In this document: in pieces, positions 1 through 11,409 of the stretch | Numbering within the stretch: position 1 is the stretch's first letter | How the letters are laid out: every line of letters starts with the position of its first letter | Origin: Streblomastix strix | Taxonomy: Eukaryota | Assembly: GCA_008636045.1 (NCBI GenBank) | Contig: SNRW01000022.1 | Location: 1-40,608 of the forward strand | Direction: 5' to 3' | Length of the DNA: 40,608 nucleotides | Program-made: the position numbers and the translations under genes | The notes under the pieces: model-generated | The model's database searches: none | What the model was told of the DNA's origin: nothing | The model's input: only the letters and a program-made list of their open reading frames with translations

Positions 1-1016
1 TGTTTTGTCAGGAATAAATTATATCGAATTGCAAATTAAAATTCAAGTATTGTGATATTTAAAAGAATGCAATAATTATTTTTTACTTATTATAGTAAAA
101 TTGTTAGTAAAATTCAAAAAAACGGGCCTCTAGTCTGATGCTTCTAGTCTGATGTATGTTAAATATTAATAATCTTATTCAAATATGGTAGCAAGTATTC
201 ATATTTATTAATTAAATATAGAAAATAGAATAATAATTAATGAAATATCGTGAAATAAGTTAGGCAAACTTTTAGTTTGGAGTTTCTATATTTAATTAGA
301 AGCAAAAAATTTAATTTAGGGCAGAAAATATAATTATGGACGTCTGTAGCTTTTTATTTTTGTGAGAATTGTGGGCTATTAATCAAAAAACTGGAATATA
401 TAAAAGATTTAGAGTATTAATTGGAATATTTATAAACAATTTTGAATTATCGTTTTTTAGTTTTTTTATTGATAAAATGAATTTGCTAAAGTAGCAAATT
501 AATAATAATTTAGATATATAATAACAAATAACAATTAAAAATTATAATATTATAATATTATTATGAAAATAATTATAAAGATCAAGAAAATTTGACAGAA
601 TAAAAAATATTGTAAAATATGAATGGACAGTTTAATATAAGTTCCTGACTTTTAAATATATATTAAATAAATAAATTTGAAGATATCAACTCAGCAACCC
701 AGAGCCCATCCAACTCACCTGGATAAGAAAAACTGACCCGAAAGGAAATAAATAAAATTAATAAAATTTTTTTATTTAAAACTTAAATCGAATTAAAAAT
801 ATATCAATTATATTTTAATATTCAGTTTTAATATATATAAATATATTTAAACAATATTAATAGTTTCTGTTAAAAAATATTTTTTCTTAAAATTTAGGCA
901 TTTTAATAAAAATCAATTCATTTTCTTGAATTGTTCAAAATTTTAATATCTTTAATTGTTATAATATTATATATATGTCATTAACCAATTTTATTAATGA
1001 ATTTGTGAAGAACTAC

Positions 1017-1250
1017 AGTAGTTATGTGAAAAAATGAGAATGCTCCACATTGAAAAATAAAATAAGTAAAAATAAAATAATGAAAATAAATACTGATAAT
1101 AAGTAATGAAAATAAATAAAAATAATAAATAATATAAAAGAAAAATAATCACTTTGGATAAGATTAATGATGTACAATAATAATAAAACATGATTGGATA
1201 TGGATATTGATGTGGATTAGTGATGAACGTTATTAAATGATCTTCTTGAG
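1017..1250 (+). repeat. Left terminal inverted repeat of element 1
   Basis: Starts AGTAGT, a Maverick-type terminus. Reverse-complement match to ~24987-25184, including the shared blocks ATCACTTTGGATAAGATTAATGATGTACAAT and GATTAGTGATGAACGTTATTAAATGAT. Confidence 0.75.
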
Positions 1251-1561
1251 TAGTCTCTCTTTCTCGCTTTCGTGTTAACATTGTAAAATTTATGGAGAAT
1301 TTTGTAATTAACTTTACATGTGGACGCATATATTCATATATATTTAAATAATCGAAATATAATAAATATAAATAATTATTTTTTAATTACTTTATTGAAA
1401 ATATTAACATTAATTAATAGAAGAATTTTAATTTTATGATTCGATTTTTTATTATATACACCCACTCCCGAGAAGTAAGAAGTACTTCAGGGAACAGTAT
1501 ATGACATGACAATAAAAAATATGGATAAAAAAGTATATGGTTATATGCGATGAAAATGACC

Positions 1562-2712
1562 CATGTTAAAACTTAAGCTACTTATTCAATCTTTTTATAT
1601 TCCTAATTTGTTATATTTTTCTATAAACTTAAAAAACGAAAAATTATCTTTTAAATCAATTGATTACTAATTTGTTTTTATTTATTCAACTTATAATTAT
1701 TTTGCAAGATAAGGCTTTATATCATCGATGTAGTACTATGGGTTATGATATTTGACAATCTTTTATAGAACCAATGGATTAGCTTTCGAATAAAATCTTG
1801 ACCTTTTGAGCTCCCAATTTTGTATAGCATTTTCGGTTAAATTATTTAATGCCTAAACTTTGTTATAAGCATCATCAACGTATTATTTAATTTCCTCCTC
1901 TTACAATGCTTCAACTAATGCATGACCATTTATTCCTGTAAATAAACATAATAACGTTATTTCTCGTTCGACTTTCTAAGCATCATTATGTATCTATAAA
2001 TATTAGATTCTATTAACTAATAAATCAGCAAATTCTTTACTCATTTTTCGTAATTTTCCATCAATATTTATAATCGGTTTCTCCTCTTCAAATTATGCTC
2101 TTAAATCTATACCATAAATATCTATGACATCATTTAATATCGTAAGGTTCTTCTTTTCAAACATGTTATTTAAGTTTCTATATTTTAACGTTTTTCTTTA
2201 ATTATTTTCTTAAAACCTATATGTTGATTTCGGAAGAACAACAAATCTTTAATTTTCATCGATATGTGCAAATATGTTAACATCAAAGTTTTCAGTTTTA
2301 ATGATTTTGATTTATGAATTATTTTTAGTAGATATCCATCTCTATCTAAATATATATATAATCCTCCACATGCAATCTTTATGAGTCCAACATAAGAAAG
2401 TAAATTTTCAATAATTTAATTTCTTATTTCTGTTATTTTTTCATAAGATAAATCTTTTTTGATATCAAAATCCATTATGCATAACTAATCATCACATTTG
2501 CCTAAATCAACAGCTGAACCTGTTTTTGAACCTTTTTTTCCATCTATATGTTTCTTAAAACTATATAATGGAGTGATGGCATCTTTGATACGTTCGCCAA
2601 TAGTTAAATTATTATATTTCGAATTATTTTCTGAAATATTTGTTTGAAGAGCTAATAATATTCTATTTATTTATCACTTTTTCTTTTGTTAATCGGTCAT
2701 ATTATCTGTCAT
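1562..2712 (-). pseudogene. Primase-polymerase (AEP) N-terminal part of a primase-D5 helicase, truncated before the helicase
   Basis: Code-6 translation includes SAVDLGKCDDQLCIMDFDIKK...VGLIKIACGGLYIY...FDVNIFAH...RFVVLP. It aligns with the primpol domain of 26231-28963 (AIVDIDINKK...VKTGHGGLHIY...YDVDIFAC...RCIVLP). There is an early TGA, and homology stops at ~1562. Confidence 0.8.
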
Positions 2713-2931
2713 TTCAGTTGGATATAATACATTGATTATTTGGCTTGTTTGGCTCGTTGATGGATTCTAATTGCCGACACATCCGACAGAATCAAATTCT
2801 TTTGTTGCCATTCTATATTCTGATAAAAAGTTGAAAAAAACAAAAAACTTTTGAGTTTATTTTTAAAAAAGTTTAAATATTTATTTTTTGTTTTTTTATT
2901 TGAAACAAATTTATCTTTATTATTTTTTTTT

Positions 2932-3023
2932 ACTTCTGGCAGAATGGCAGGCTGGCAGTAGTTTTTAATTAAAGCTTCTGACTCGTTACACTCGATGCAC
3001 TCGGTGCAGTCAAAAGTCATTCA
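2932..3023 (-). repeat. ~90-bp intergenic repeat, copy A
   Basis: Reverse complement is TGACTTTTGACTGCACCGAGTGCATCGAGTGTAACGAGTCAG...CTGCCAGCCTGCCATTCTGCCAGAAGT, matching the copies at 15510, 22695 and 24690. Confidence 0.9.
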
Positions 3024-3429
3024 CTAACTGTATCAATTTTTCGTGCCGAAATCATATACTTTTATATTGCAAAATTCGGATTCATCAACAAATAAAGATT
3101 TCGATTTAAACGTCATTTTTGAATTCTATATTTCAACATTATATATAAACCTCATTCTCAAGGCTAATCTGAAACATTTATTTTTTGACTTATTTTTTTA
3201 CTTTTATTTTTTTTTTAACAATCATTATATATAGAAATTAAAATAATTAAAAATAAAAAAATAATTATATTTCAATGCAATTTTAAAATCATTTGATAAT
3301 CAACTATATTCACAATTCATATACGCTGATTCCGAAAATGACCTTCTTAGCTCAATCTGAAACTGTTGATTAGGATCAAATAATGGTTATAATTTATGCA
3401 AATAATTAATTATTTTTGACATAACTAAA

Positions 3430-3990
3430 ATGAAAAGTCAAACTATTACTGAAGTAGAACCATAATTTGAAAAGGAAATTGACCCATTTCAGCAACAATT
3501 TCAGCAACTATTCCAGCAATAGGTTATAAGATGTGAAACGCCAACATTGTCAGCGAGGCGATGAAGTTCAATATTTGAAGAAACTTTAACACCTGACCAT
3601 TCAGTTTGTCGTTGGATATTGGATATCATTAGTGAAGACGAGCATATGGTTAAAGAATCAACACATTTCGTATTTTCTGAAAATTAATTGATTCAGGTTG
3701 TTTCCTAAACTTTTGACGTCCCCGAGAGTTAAATTTAATTGTCTATAGAGGATGAAGGATGTTGTGGTAGATTCTGCAACGACTCGACTTAAATATTAAA
3801 TGAGATATTAACTGGAAACGTAAATACATTAAAGCTAAACGTCGAAAAAGTAAATTTATTAAGGGATAGCTATAAAATATGTTTATAAAAAATAAGAAAA
3901 ATAACAAGTATTTTAGATTTAGGAGAAATAACAAGTAAAATTATTGGTGCAGTATCAAAAGGATTAATGACTGTGTTAAATAAAATTTGA
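3430..3990 (+). pseudogene. Hypothetical Maverick protein (internal TGA at 3562, frameshift)
   Basis: MKSQTITEVEP...CRWILDIISEDEHMVKESTHFVFSEN...IQLSIEDEGCC. Weak by-eye similarity to 36884-37778; both lie immediately upstream of a fibre gene. Confidence 0.5.
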
Positions 3991-4129
3991 TACTATTAAT
4001 AAATTATTATTATTTTTATAAAATGGTCGGAGATTTATATATGCTTGATACTATTTTAAATCATGATTAAGAGCTTTATGGCTCAAATAAATATAACACT
4101 ATTGGCTTAATTAACGAAGCACCAGGATC

Positions 4130-4720
4130 CTATAATCGTGAAGAAATTGATGAAATGTTAGATAAAAAATTAAATATTTCTGATTAAATCGATGCTTACA
4201 CTAAATAGGAAGATGATGCTCTGCTGTTGTTAAAGGATGATAAATCAGAACTCATTGATGCTTATTCAAAGACAGAAGATGATGAGTTGTTAGCTTTAAA
4301 ATTAAATATTTCCGATTAAACTTACGCATACACTAAATATGAAGTCGATGCCCTACTGGACGACAAATTTAATATATCTGAATAAGTTGATGCATATTCG
4401 AAGACTGAAGTCGATGAGTTGCAAGCAAAAAAATTTAATATTTCGGATTAAATTGATGCATTTAATAAAACTGAAGCCGATGTCTTACTCGACAACAAAT
4501 TAAATATATCTGATTAAATTGATGCTTATTCAAAGACAGAAGATGATGCTCTGCAGTTATTGAAGGCTAATAAAACTGAGCTAATTGATGCATATTCGAA
4601 GACTGAAGCTAATGCCCTACTCGACGACAAACTGAATATAACTGATTAAATTGATGCATATAATAAATAGGAAGATGATGCTCTGCTATTATTGAAGGCT
4701 TATAAAACAAAATTAGCGGA
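4130..4720 (+). repeat. Coding tandem repeat, 60-bp (20-aa) unit, first block
   Basis: GATGC(T/A)TA(T/C)...AA...GAAG..GATG recurs at the same column of successive 60-base lines. Confidence 0.9.
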
Positions 4721-5379
4721 TTATGTTAAGTTAACTTCGGCTCAAGCAATAACAGGTCAAAAATAATTCAATTCAAATGTTAATGCAGCAGCATTTGCGA
4801 AAACGGATAAAAATGATGCTTCTATTCTTCTTGTTGGTGGAGATGATATATTAGTAAGTTCATTAGTATCACAGCCATAATTATAAGAAGATCGAGATAT
4901 TACTTCAGGTAAATCAAAAGGATATGTCTTTGTGACTACGGATGAGATGAACACTTGGATAGAAGATTAGGAAAACGTTGCAAAACTAGCAGTAGGAGAT
5001 AATTTATATATATAGTAGATAAATAAGTCATGGATTATTGGTGGGATGGCTCTAGTCTTCGAGCACTAGAAACAGAACTGCCAGATATGAGCAACGTCAT
5101 GACCATTCTAGGAGCTGCTACAGGAGGAGGCAATGCAATTACAGATTTATCATTCGATGGAAATATACCAATACCTGCGAAAAATAATACATTTATTATG
5201 ACTAATTTTGATTAAATTATTACAGATTAAAAGACATTTAATACAACAATTCACTCAGTCGGAATAACGGTTCAAAACTACAATAAAAATTCTGTTGTTT
5301 GTGCTGGTGGTGGTGTTAAGACAATATAAGACATAAATGCAAGCGTTGATTTTTTCAAATTATTATAATAAATCATAAA

Positions 5380-5910
5380 TATATTCATAAACAGAAATAG
5401 ATTAACAATTAAATCTAAAATTAAAAATTAGTGATTAAATAGATTCTTACTCTAAGATATAAGATGATGCGTTGCTGTTATTGAAGGCCGATAAAACATA
5501 ATTAATTGATGCATATTCAAAGACTGATGTCGATGCCCTACTCGATGACAAATTAAACGTTAGCGATTAAATCGATGCTTATACTAAAGGAAATGATCAT
5601 GCTCTGTTGCAGTTGAAGGTTGATAAAACATAATTGATTGATGCATACACAAAAATAGAAACAAATAATCTGTTCAATAGTAAAGTTGATTCAGATGCTT
5701 CATACCCTAAAGGAGAAGATGATGCTCAGTTGTTGTTGAAAGCTGATAAAACATAATTGATTGATGCTTATACAAAAATTGAAACAAATAATCTGCTCGA
5801 TGATAAATTAAACGTTAGCGAATAAATCGATGCTTACACTAAAGGAAATGATCATGCTCTGTTGCTGTTGAAGGCAAATCAATCAACTACTTATATCAAA
5901 ATAGAAATTG
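5380..5910 (+). repeat. Coding tandem repeat, ~60-bp unit, second block
   Basis: Same unit as 4130-4720 (QIDAYTKGNDHALLLLKADKT / QLIDAYTKIETNNLL). Confidence 0.9.
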
Positions 5911-6818
5911 ATTATTTCATATCAAAAATTGAAGTTGATGATGTTGATTTAAGTGGTTATATGACATTAGACACTGCATAGACAATAACAGCAAACAAGA
6001 CATTCGATAATGCTTGTAGGTTCAAAAGTTCTATAGATGGAATGTTTTCAATAACTAGGTCATCATTTGTTAAATCAGGTTCTGATGATAGCATTGTATT
6101 ACTTGGAGCTGGAGGATCAAAACCAATCTTTGAATTTTCCAATTCAGTCGATGATTCAAATTATGTAAAGAAAGATGGAGATGTATAAGATATTTAAGTA
6201 ATTTTAAGAAAATCTACACTAGATTAACCATACCCTGAACCAACAGATGATGATGATTATACAACTTTGGGAGCAGTAAAAAGCGAATTCGTTTCATCTA
6301 TCTATAGTGGTTCAATTAATGGTAATCTAACAGCAACATCATTTAAAAATTCTAGTAAAGATGATTCATCGGTTTTATTAGCTCGTGATGAAAATGTGTT
6401 GTCCTCGTTTGGAGAGTTTGAAGATTTAACATCGATGGTCACGGAAAAATCAGCATTATTAAATTTTAACACTTTGAAATATTATAAAATTGGCAGATAG
6501 TCCTTTTTTATATACAAGTATATGCAAAAAGTGAAATTACAGTAGGAAGTAGTCTAAATATTAATATATGTCAAATTCCAAACACTGATATACAAAGTGG
6601 TTTAGTATTTTCCATATATCATGTTGGTACTTTTTCACAAACATACAATGCAGCTTACAGTAATGGAGCATAAATGTTAATTTTATTTCTTAATACGAAT
6701 AACTGGCCATTTTATTAAGTAATTGGATTATCTGCTTTTGTTCTTGTATGAAAATAATGCCTCAGCATATAATTGCTTAAAATTGTTTGGATCAATTATT
6801 CATTTTTATTGAATATTA

Positions 6819-7433
6819 ATGTCGAACGTTTATATCGATGAAAGATTGTTAGATGCAGCTGATTTATCTGACTTCCCAGAGTTATACGCATTTATCAAAG
6901 AACGTTATCTTAAACCACTCGAGCAATATCCACAGTCTATACCTATTGGAGAACAAACGCTGCAATAGCAGGTGAAAAATTACGACGAGATTATCTATGG
7001 TTCAGGAGATTCAAATGAAGAGTTCGAGCCATCAGATCCGAATGCAATAGCGAAATTGGATTTGAATTCATAATTAGAGCGATAAAGTTTTTTAGTTTCA
7101 AGCGGTTCAGATCCATAGTTAATCGTTTATAATGATAGGATTACACTAACCGCATCATTTGCAACAATATGACATTTTCCAGGCGGTGGTTAGTTGAATG
7201 GATATTTATTCAAAAGTTATCCCCAAGAAGCAAGACCAAAATTGTGTGATTAAGTGATTGCATTAGTTGAAACTGACGCAACAAATATATATAATATATT
7301 TTGCTATATTGATTAAACGGGCAATATATTTCTTGCTCTAGACAGATTCCATCAAGTACTGCCCTCGTACCTAACATTAAAGTTACTTATTGATTTTAGT
7401 TTTTAGTAGTTTTATATAATTTAAATTCATTGA
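6819..7433 (+). pseudogene. Small structural/fibre-head-like protein (one internal TGA near 7170)
   Basis: 205-codon code-6 frame MSNVYIDERLLD...LIVYNDRITLTASF...LFKSYPQEARP...FCYIDQTGNIFL. The C-terminal pattern resembles phage receptor-binding heads. Confidence 0.55.
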
Positions 7434-7561
7434 AATATAATTTTAATTGTTATAGTAAAATGGATTATTAATATTTAAAAATTTTGAATTTATTTATTAA
7501 AATAAACATAATAGCAATATTATTAAAAAATGAAATAAATAAATATTATCAAACTATAATT

Positions 7562-8935
7562 TCACTCAAGAATTCATTATTCCGAATTTTGCTGTTTTTT
7601 CTTTCTACCTGTGGGTGTTAACGTTATTGCAGTTGATGTATTATATGCTTACAGTTGCTGTATATCCTCATCGAATTTGTGCATATTTACATCAACTTCT
7701 AAGTGATCACCATTGACTACGGAGAGAGCTGCGCAGGTGGCGAAGCAATTTTTTATTGTCAGGAGCGATGACGCCTTCTGCGATGCATCAATGATGTGTG
7801 CAACAATTTATGCTAATGTAAATTTTGCTATTCCTTCTCTAATTTATTAATAACATAGTTTCAGAGCTCCGAATATGCCCACGTCACACGGTTATGTAAA
7901 ATGCTTCGAATGCGGTGGTAATATCAATAGTATGATGCTATTTGATTTTAATAATTCCTTAACATCTTTATTACAATGTGCAGTCATATTGTCCACTATT
8001 AGAATTGCTTCATATCGATTTTGCAGTCGATATTTTTAACGCTGCAATTTTTCGAACTTAATGAGCACGTCTCTCACCCACTGTAGCATTAGATCCATAT
8101 TCATCATACTACTTGTTGAATTTACAACTATTGCATTCTAATTTTATATTACATTATTTCATAGTAGCTCTTATTGTGTAGCAGATTCCTTCGAAATCAG
8201 AAATGGAGGAAATAGCTGAGAATCGAGAGTAACTGCGATCATTGCGCTGACCCGTGGCTCAGATCTATCTACAGCCATGTGAATTTCGTCGTCCTTGTAC
8301 TCCGCTGGAATTATAAAGCATTAATCCTTAGTGTCGCAATATACCTGTATGCCAATCTCATCTCCATTTATTACAACACATACTCTTTTCCCTTTTACAG
8401 TGATTTTCATGTTTGTCAAGTGCTTCTATATATCTTCTGCCCTTACTAGCATTCCATAGACTTATCATATTGTAGCTATTTTGATTACAAGTTTATCAAT
8501 GTGCCTCTCTACTAGAAATTTGTGAAAATTCTCAGAAACCGTAATCTTCCATCGCCTGAATATTTCCTCACGAATTTATTTTTATATGGTTTGTATCTTC
8601 TTCTTGCTGTAATGATTTCGTATCCTTTCAACTATTTTGTCTTCCTATTCAGTGAGCAATTTTCTATTTTTTTTGACTTAATTTTTGACGTATTTTTGCC
8701 CAGTTCATTTCTTACCAAAAAACTGTTTCGAACGTGTTGCAATTTAGCTTAACTCTAAATTTAGTGCATTCATTATCTTCTTTTGCTTAACAATAAATAA
8801 AATTCTTTCTGAAAGCTACGTTTTAGTCGATTTTCCAAGTTTCGCAATTTGCTTAATTAGTGAGAAACGGTCATATAATGCAAGATTTTTCTTCTTTACG
8901 TTGATAAATTTTGATGATCCTAATGAATAGAACAT
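7562..8935 (-). mobile_element. pogo/Tigger/Fot-like Tc1-mariner transposase (DDE_1, DD35D), degenerate, nested in element 1
   Basis: VINGDEIG...ILIVDNMTAHC...LPPHSKHFTQPCDVGIFGALK, with 35 residues between the 2nd and 3rd Asp. Internal TGAs and frameshifts; TIRs not identified. Confidence 0.85.
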
Positions 8936-8994
8936 ATTTTCAAATAAAAATAAAATTGCTTCGTGAATTTTATTGACTTTTTATTAGCTTTATT

Positions 8995-9550
8995 AGAAAA
9001 AAAGACCCACAGAACTATTAAAACCAAAACTCATAAGTGATTGTAAATATTATAAATAGTTTGAATCATTAAAGAAAATAAATTTTCATGCCAATAATGA
9101 CGGAAAAATAGACATTATGGATACGTGGAACGTTAATGGAAAAGTATAATTCGAAGTGTAATCTTTTGTCTATGAAACAGTTAAAAATTAAACTGATTTA
9201 ACCGAAGCGGGAGTGTAAGGGCTAAATAGAACTAATTATTTGAACAATGAAATTAAATTAGTGGATTAATTGGCAATATATAAAGCAGATAGTATTGCAT
9301 ATTTTATTAATGACGGGCAATTTATCACATATATCTTTGGAGCAAAATTGGCACAATTAGGCGCCAATTATGAACAATAATAAACAGTATATAAATTATT
9401 CTCAACAATCAGTAAAAAAGTACTACCACCTAATATGAAATATTTGCCTGTTCATGTAGAATAATAAGAGTTTTCCGCAATGAGTTTGTTCAAAGATATT
9501 TATGATAAATCTTCAGCTGTTTAGGTGTCAGTTAGTGGAAATTAAATATG
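8995..9550 (+). pseudogene. 5'-truncated structural/fibre-head-like ORF
   Basis: Open code-6 frame KRPTELLKPK...YFINDGQFITYIFGAK...LFSTISKKVLPPN.... No start codon found next to the pogo insertion. It may be one gene with 9548-10616. Confidence 0.45.
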
Positions 9551-10616
9551 TTTGATTGTGAATTTCAAGAAACGTATATCCTTAATAACTACACTGTGTT
9601 TTTTCTCGACGTATCCTGGAGTTTTCTTCCCCAATAGCAGTAAAGGTATAATGATTAATATATCATTAGATATACAATATATCTCAATTAAATATAATTG
9701 TAATAATTTACTGTTACTTATTATTGTTAAAGATATTTTCAAAATTAAAGATTTTTTTAAGGGATTTTGCTTTAAATTGTTAAAAATTTAATTTTAAAAA
9801 TTTGTTCTAAATGCTAGTTATTTTGTAATTTTTTAAATCAATTCATTTTTTAATTCATTAACTTTAAAATTATGGAATAAAATTTTAAATTTTAATTGAG
9901 TTTAAAGAAAATAAAAAAATTAATTTTTTTAACATTTTAAAGCAAAACCTATTAAAAAAATCATTTATTTTAAAAATAACTATTTAAATAATAAATTGCC
10001 ATAAATTAATATAATTATATTTAATGGAGATATGTAGTGTATAATAATATTTTATTCATTATACCTTTTCTGCTATTGGGGAAGAAAACTCCAGGATAAG
10101 TCGTGAAAATACTCTCTGTATGCAAACAGCACAAATACCAATGAATCAGCACTTGAAGACATAGATTCATTCGTCGACGAAGTAATAATAAAACATGAAA
10201 AATAATTTAGTTCATCACCACAACCTCAATACACGATAGCAAATGTCTATAAATCGTTAATAATTAATGATTTTTTCCCTTCAACAGCATATAATATATT
10301 CTATATCGTTGATGATAGCACTTGCAAAGTATGTACATTTAATCTCTATTTCGAATCAAAAGGTTTGAATTGGAGGACATAAGAAGTTGGTCGTATTCTT
10401 GATTCTATATTACCAGCTGATGGTAAAAGTTTGGGCTTCCCTGCAGCAATATATAGAACATAAGGCGGAAAATAGAATAAATTTTTTGTGAATTATTTTA
10501 TTGTGAATGCGCAACTCAAAATGTTATACTTTTAATTATCTGAACCATAAGAGTCAATCCAATAAGATTCTGCTGAATTTTATAAATATTATGCTAGTGG
10601 AATGAATTATTTGTGA
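9548..10616 (+). pseudogene. Structural/fibre-head-like ORF interrupted by a MITE
   Basis: Removing 9592-10120 restores MFDCEFQETYILNN-Y-ANSTNTNES...YIVDDSTCKVCTFNLYF...VGRILDSILPADG...YYASGMNYL*, open to TGA at 10614. Confidence 0.55.
9592..10118. mobile_element. Foldback-like MITE (527 bp) with long TIRs and TA target-site duplication
   Basis: TA|CACTGTG..TATCCTGGAGTTTTCTTCCCCAATAGCAG ... CTGCTATTGGGGAAGAAAACTCCAGGATA..CTCTCTG|TA. Imperfect inverted arms extend ~200 bp; non-coding. Confidence 0.92.
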
Positions 10617-10667
10617 TAAAATGTTAATGAAAAGCAATATTTTGGCATGCACAAATGGAATAGGTAG

Positions 10668-10766
10668 TGAGTGACTTTTAAGTACTCCGAGTGTTCCAAG
10701 TGTTCCGAGTCAAAAACTTTCATCAAAAACTGCTGTTAGCCTGCCATTCCGCCAGAAGTGAGAAAA
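10668..10766 (+). repeat. ~90-bp intergenic repeat, copy B
   Basis: TGACTTTTAAGTACTCCGAGTGTTCCAAGTGTTCCGAGTCAAAAACTTTCATCAAAAACTGCTGTTAGCCTGCCATTCCGCCAGAAGTGAGAAAA. Confidence 0.85.
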
Positions 10767-10838
10767 TATTAATAAAAAAATTATTTATTCAAATCCAAAA
10801 TAATACACATAAAATTTAATTTTGTTTACAAGTAAATC

Positions 10839-11153
10839 ATGGCTATAGGCATCTTTTCAAAAATCAAATAATTAGTCTAAAAAGTACGGAAGGGTCTTTA
10901 ATGGGCGAATGATAACGTTTATAAACCGTTCATAAAACCATTTGCTAAACCGATTCTTGGAGTACAGGGTCCTGTCGGCTAAACAATAGGCAAAGGTTTA
11001 GATGCTGCCAGCTCATTTCTTGATTATGGCTATGGTGCAGATAAAAATGGTTAATTTAGATAAGATTCTGAAACGTTGAGAAATGATGAATATTTAAGAT
11101 AAAAATTACCCATTGATATATAGACTCAAAGAATATAATTGTAGAACCAATGA
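10839..11153 (+). CDS. Small (104 aa) protein with N-terminal amphipathic helix; candidate virion membrane-penetration protein
   Basis: MAIGIFSKIKQLVQKVRKGLQWANDNVYKPFIKPFAKPILGVQGPVGQTIGKGLDAASSFLD.... Intact in code 6, adjacent to the MCP, with a counterpart at 31367. Confidence 0.7.
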
Positions 11154-11409
11154 AAAATAAAAGCATTAATGTTTGAAATATTATTAATTTTTATTTGGTA
11201 TTTTGAAATATTGGCTGCCAATTTCTTAAATGAGTGAAAAATGTCCGCTGGGTGGGGACACTCGGGACATTTTAAAGTCATTCATTATCTGCATCAATTA
11301 AACATGCCAAAATAACGTACTTTTATATTATAAAATTGATGTTCATGAAAAGTTTTATATTAAATTAAGTATTTTTTTAACTATTTCATTTTTTTATTTA
11401 ATATAAAAG

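Larger units (their letters stand above)
4023..6751 (+). pseudogene. Long phage-tail-fibre-like protein with 20-aa repeats (frameshifted)
   Basis: Two blocks of ~60-bp repeats encode IDAY[ST]K.E.DALL..K.[DN].... It also has LTSAQAITGQKQF and LDTAQTITANKTF shaft motifs, SILLVGG and VLLGAGG motifs, and a C-terminal beta-rich head. Frameshifts near 5010, 5350 and 6505. Confidence 0.7.

Noticed and set aside
124..154. Direct repeat TCTAGTCTGATG x2 (129-140, 143-154) after GGGCC
   Set aside because: It could be a transposon subterminal motif, but I found no partner end or duplication. The first kilobase is left unannotated.
4130..5910. Regular 60-bp periodicity resembling a CRISPR array
   Set aside because: The units are degenerate in-frame coding repeats with no constant repeat plus unique spacer structure, and there are no cas genes.
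7451..7470. TATAGTAAAATGG as a possible TIR of the pogo element, similar to the MITE end at 14299
   Set aside because: Only ~11 AT-rich bases match and no inverted partner was found near 8950-9000.
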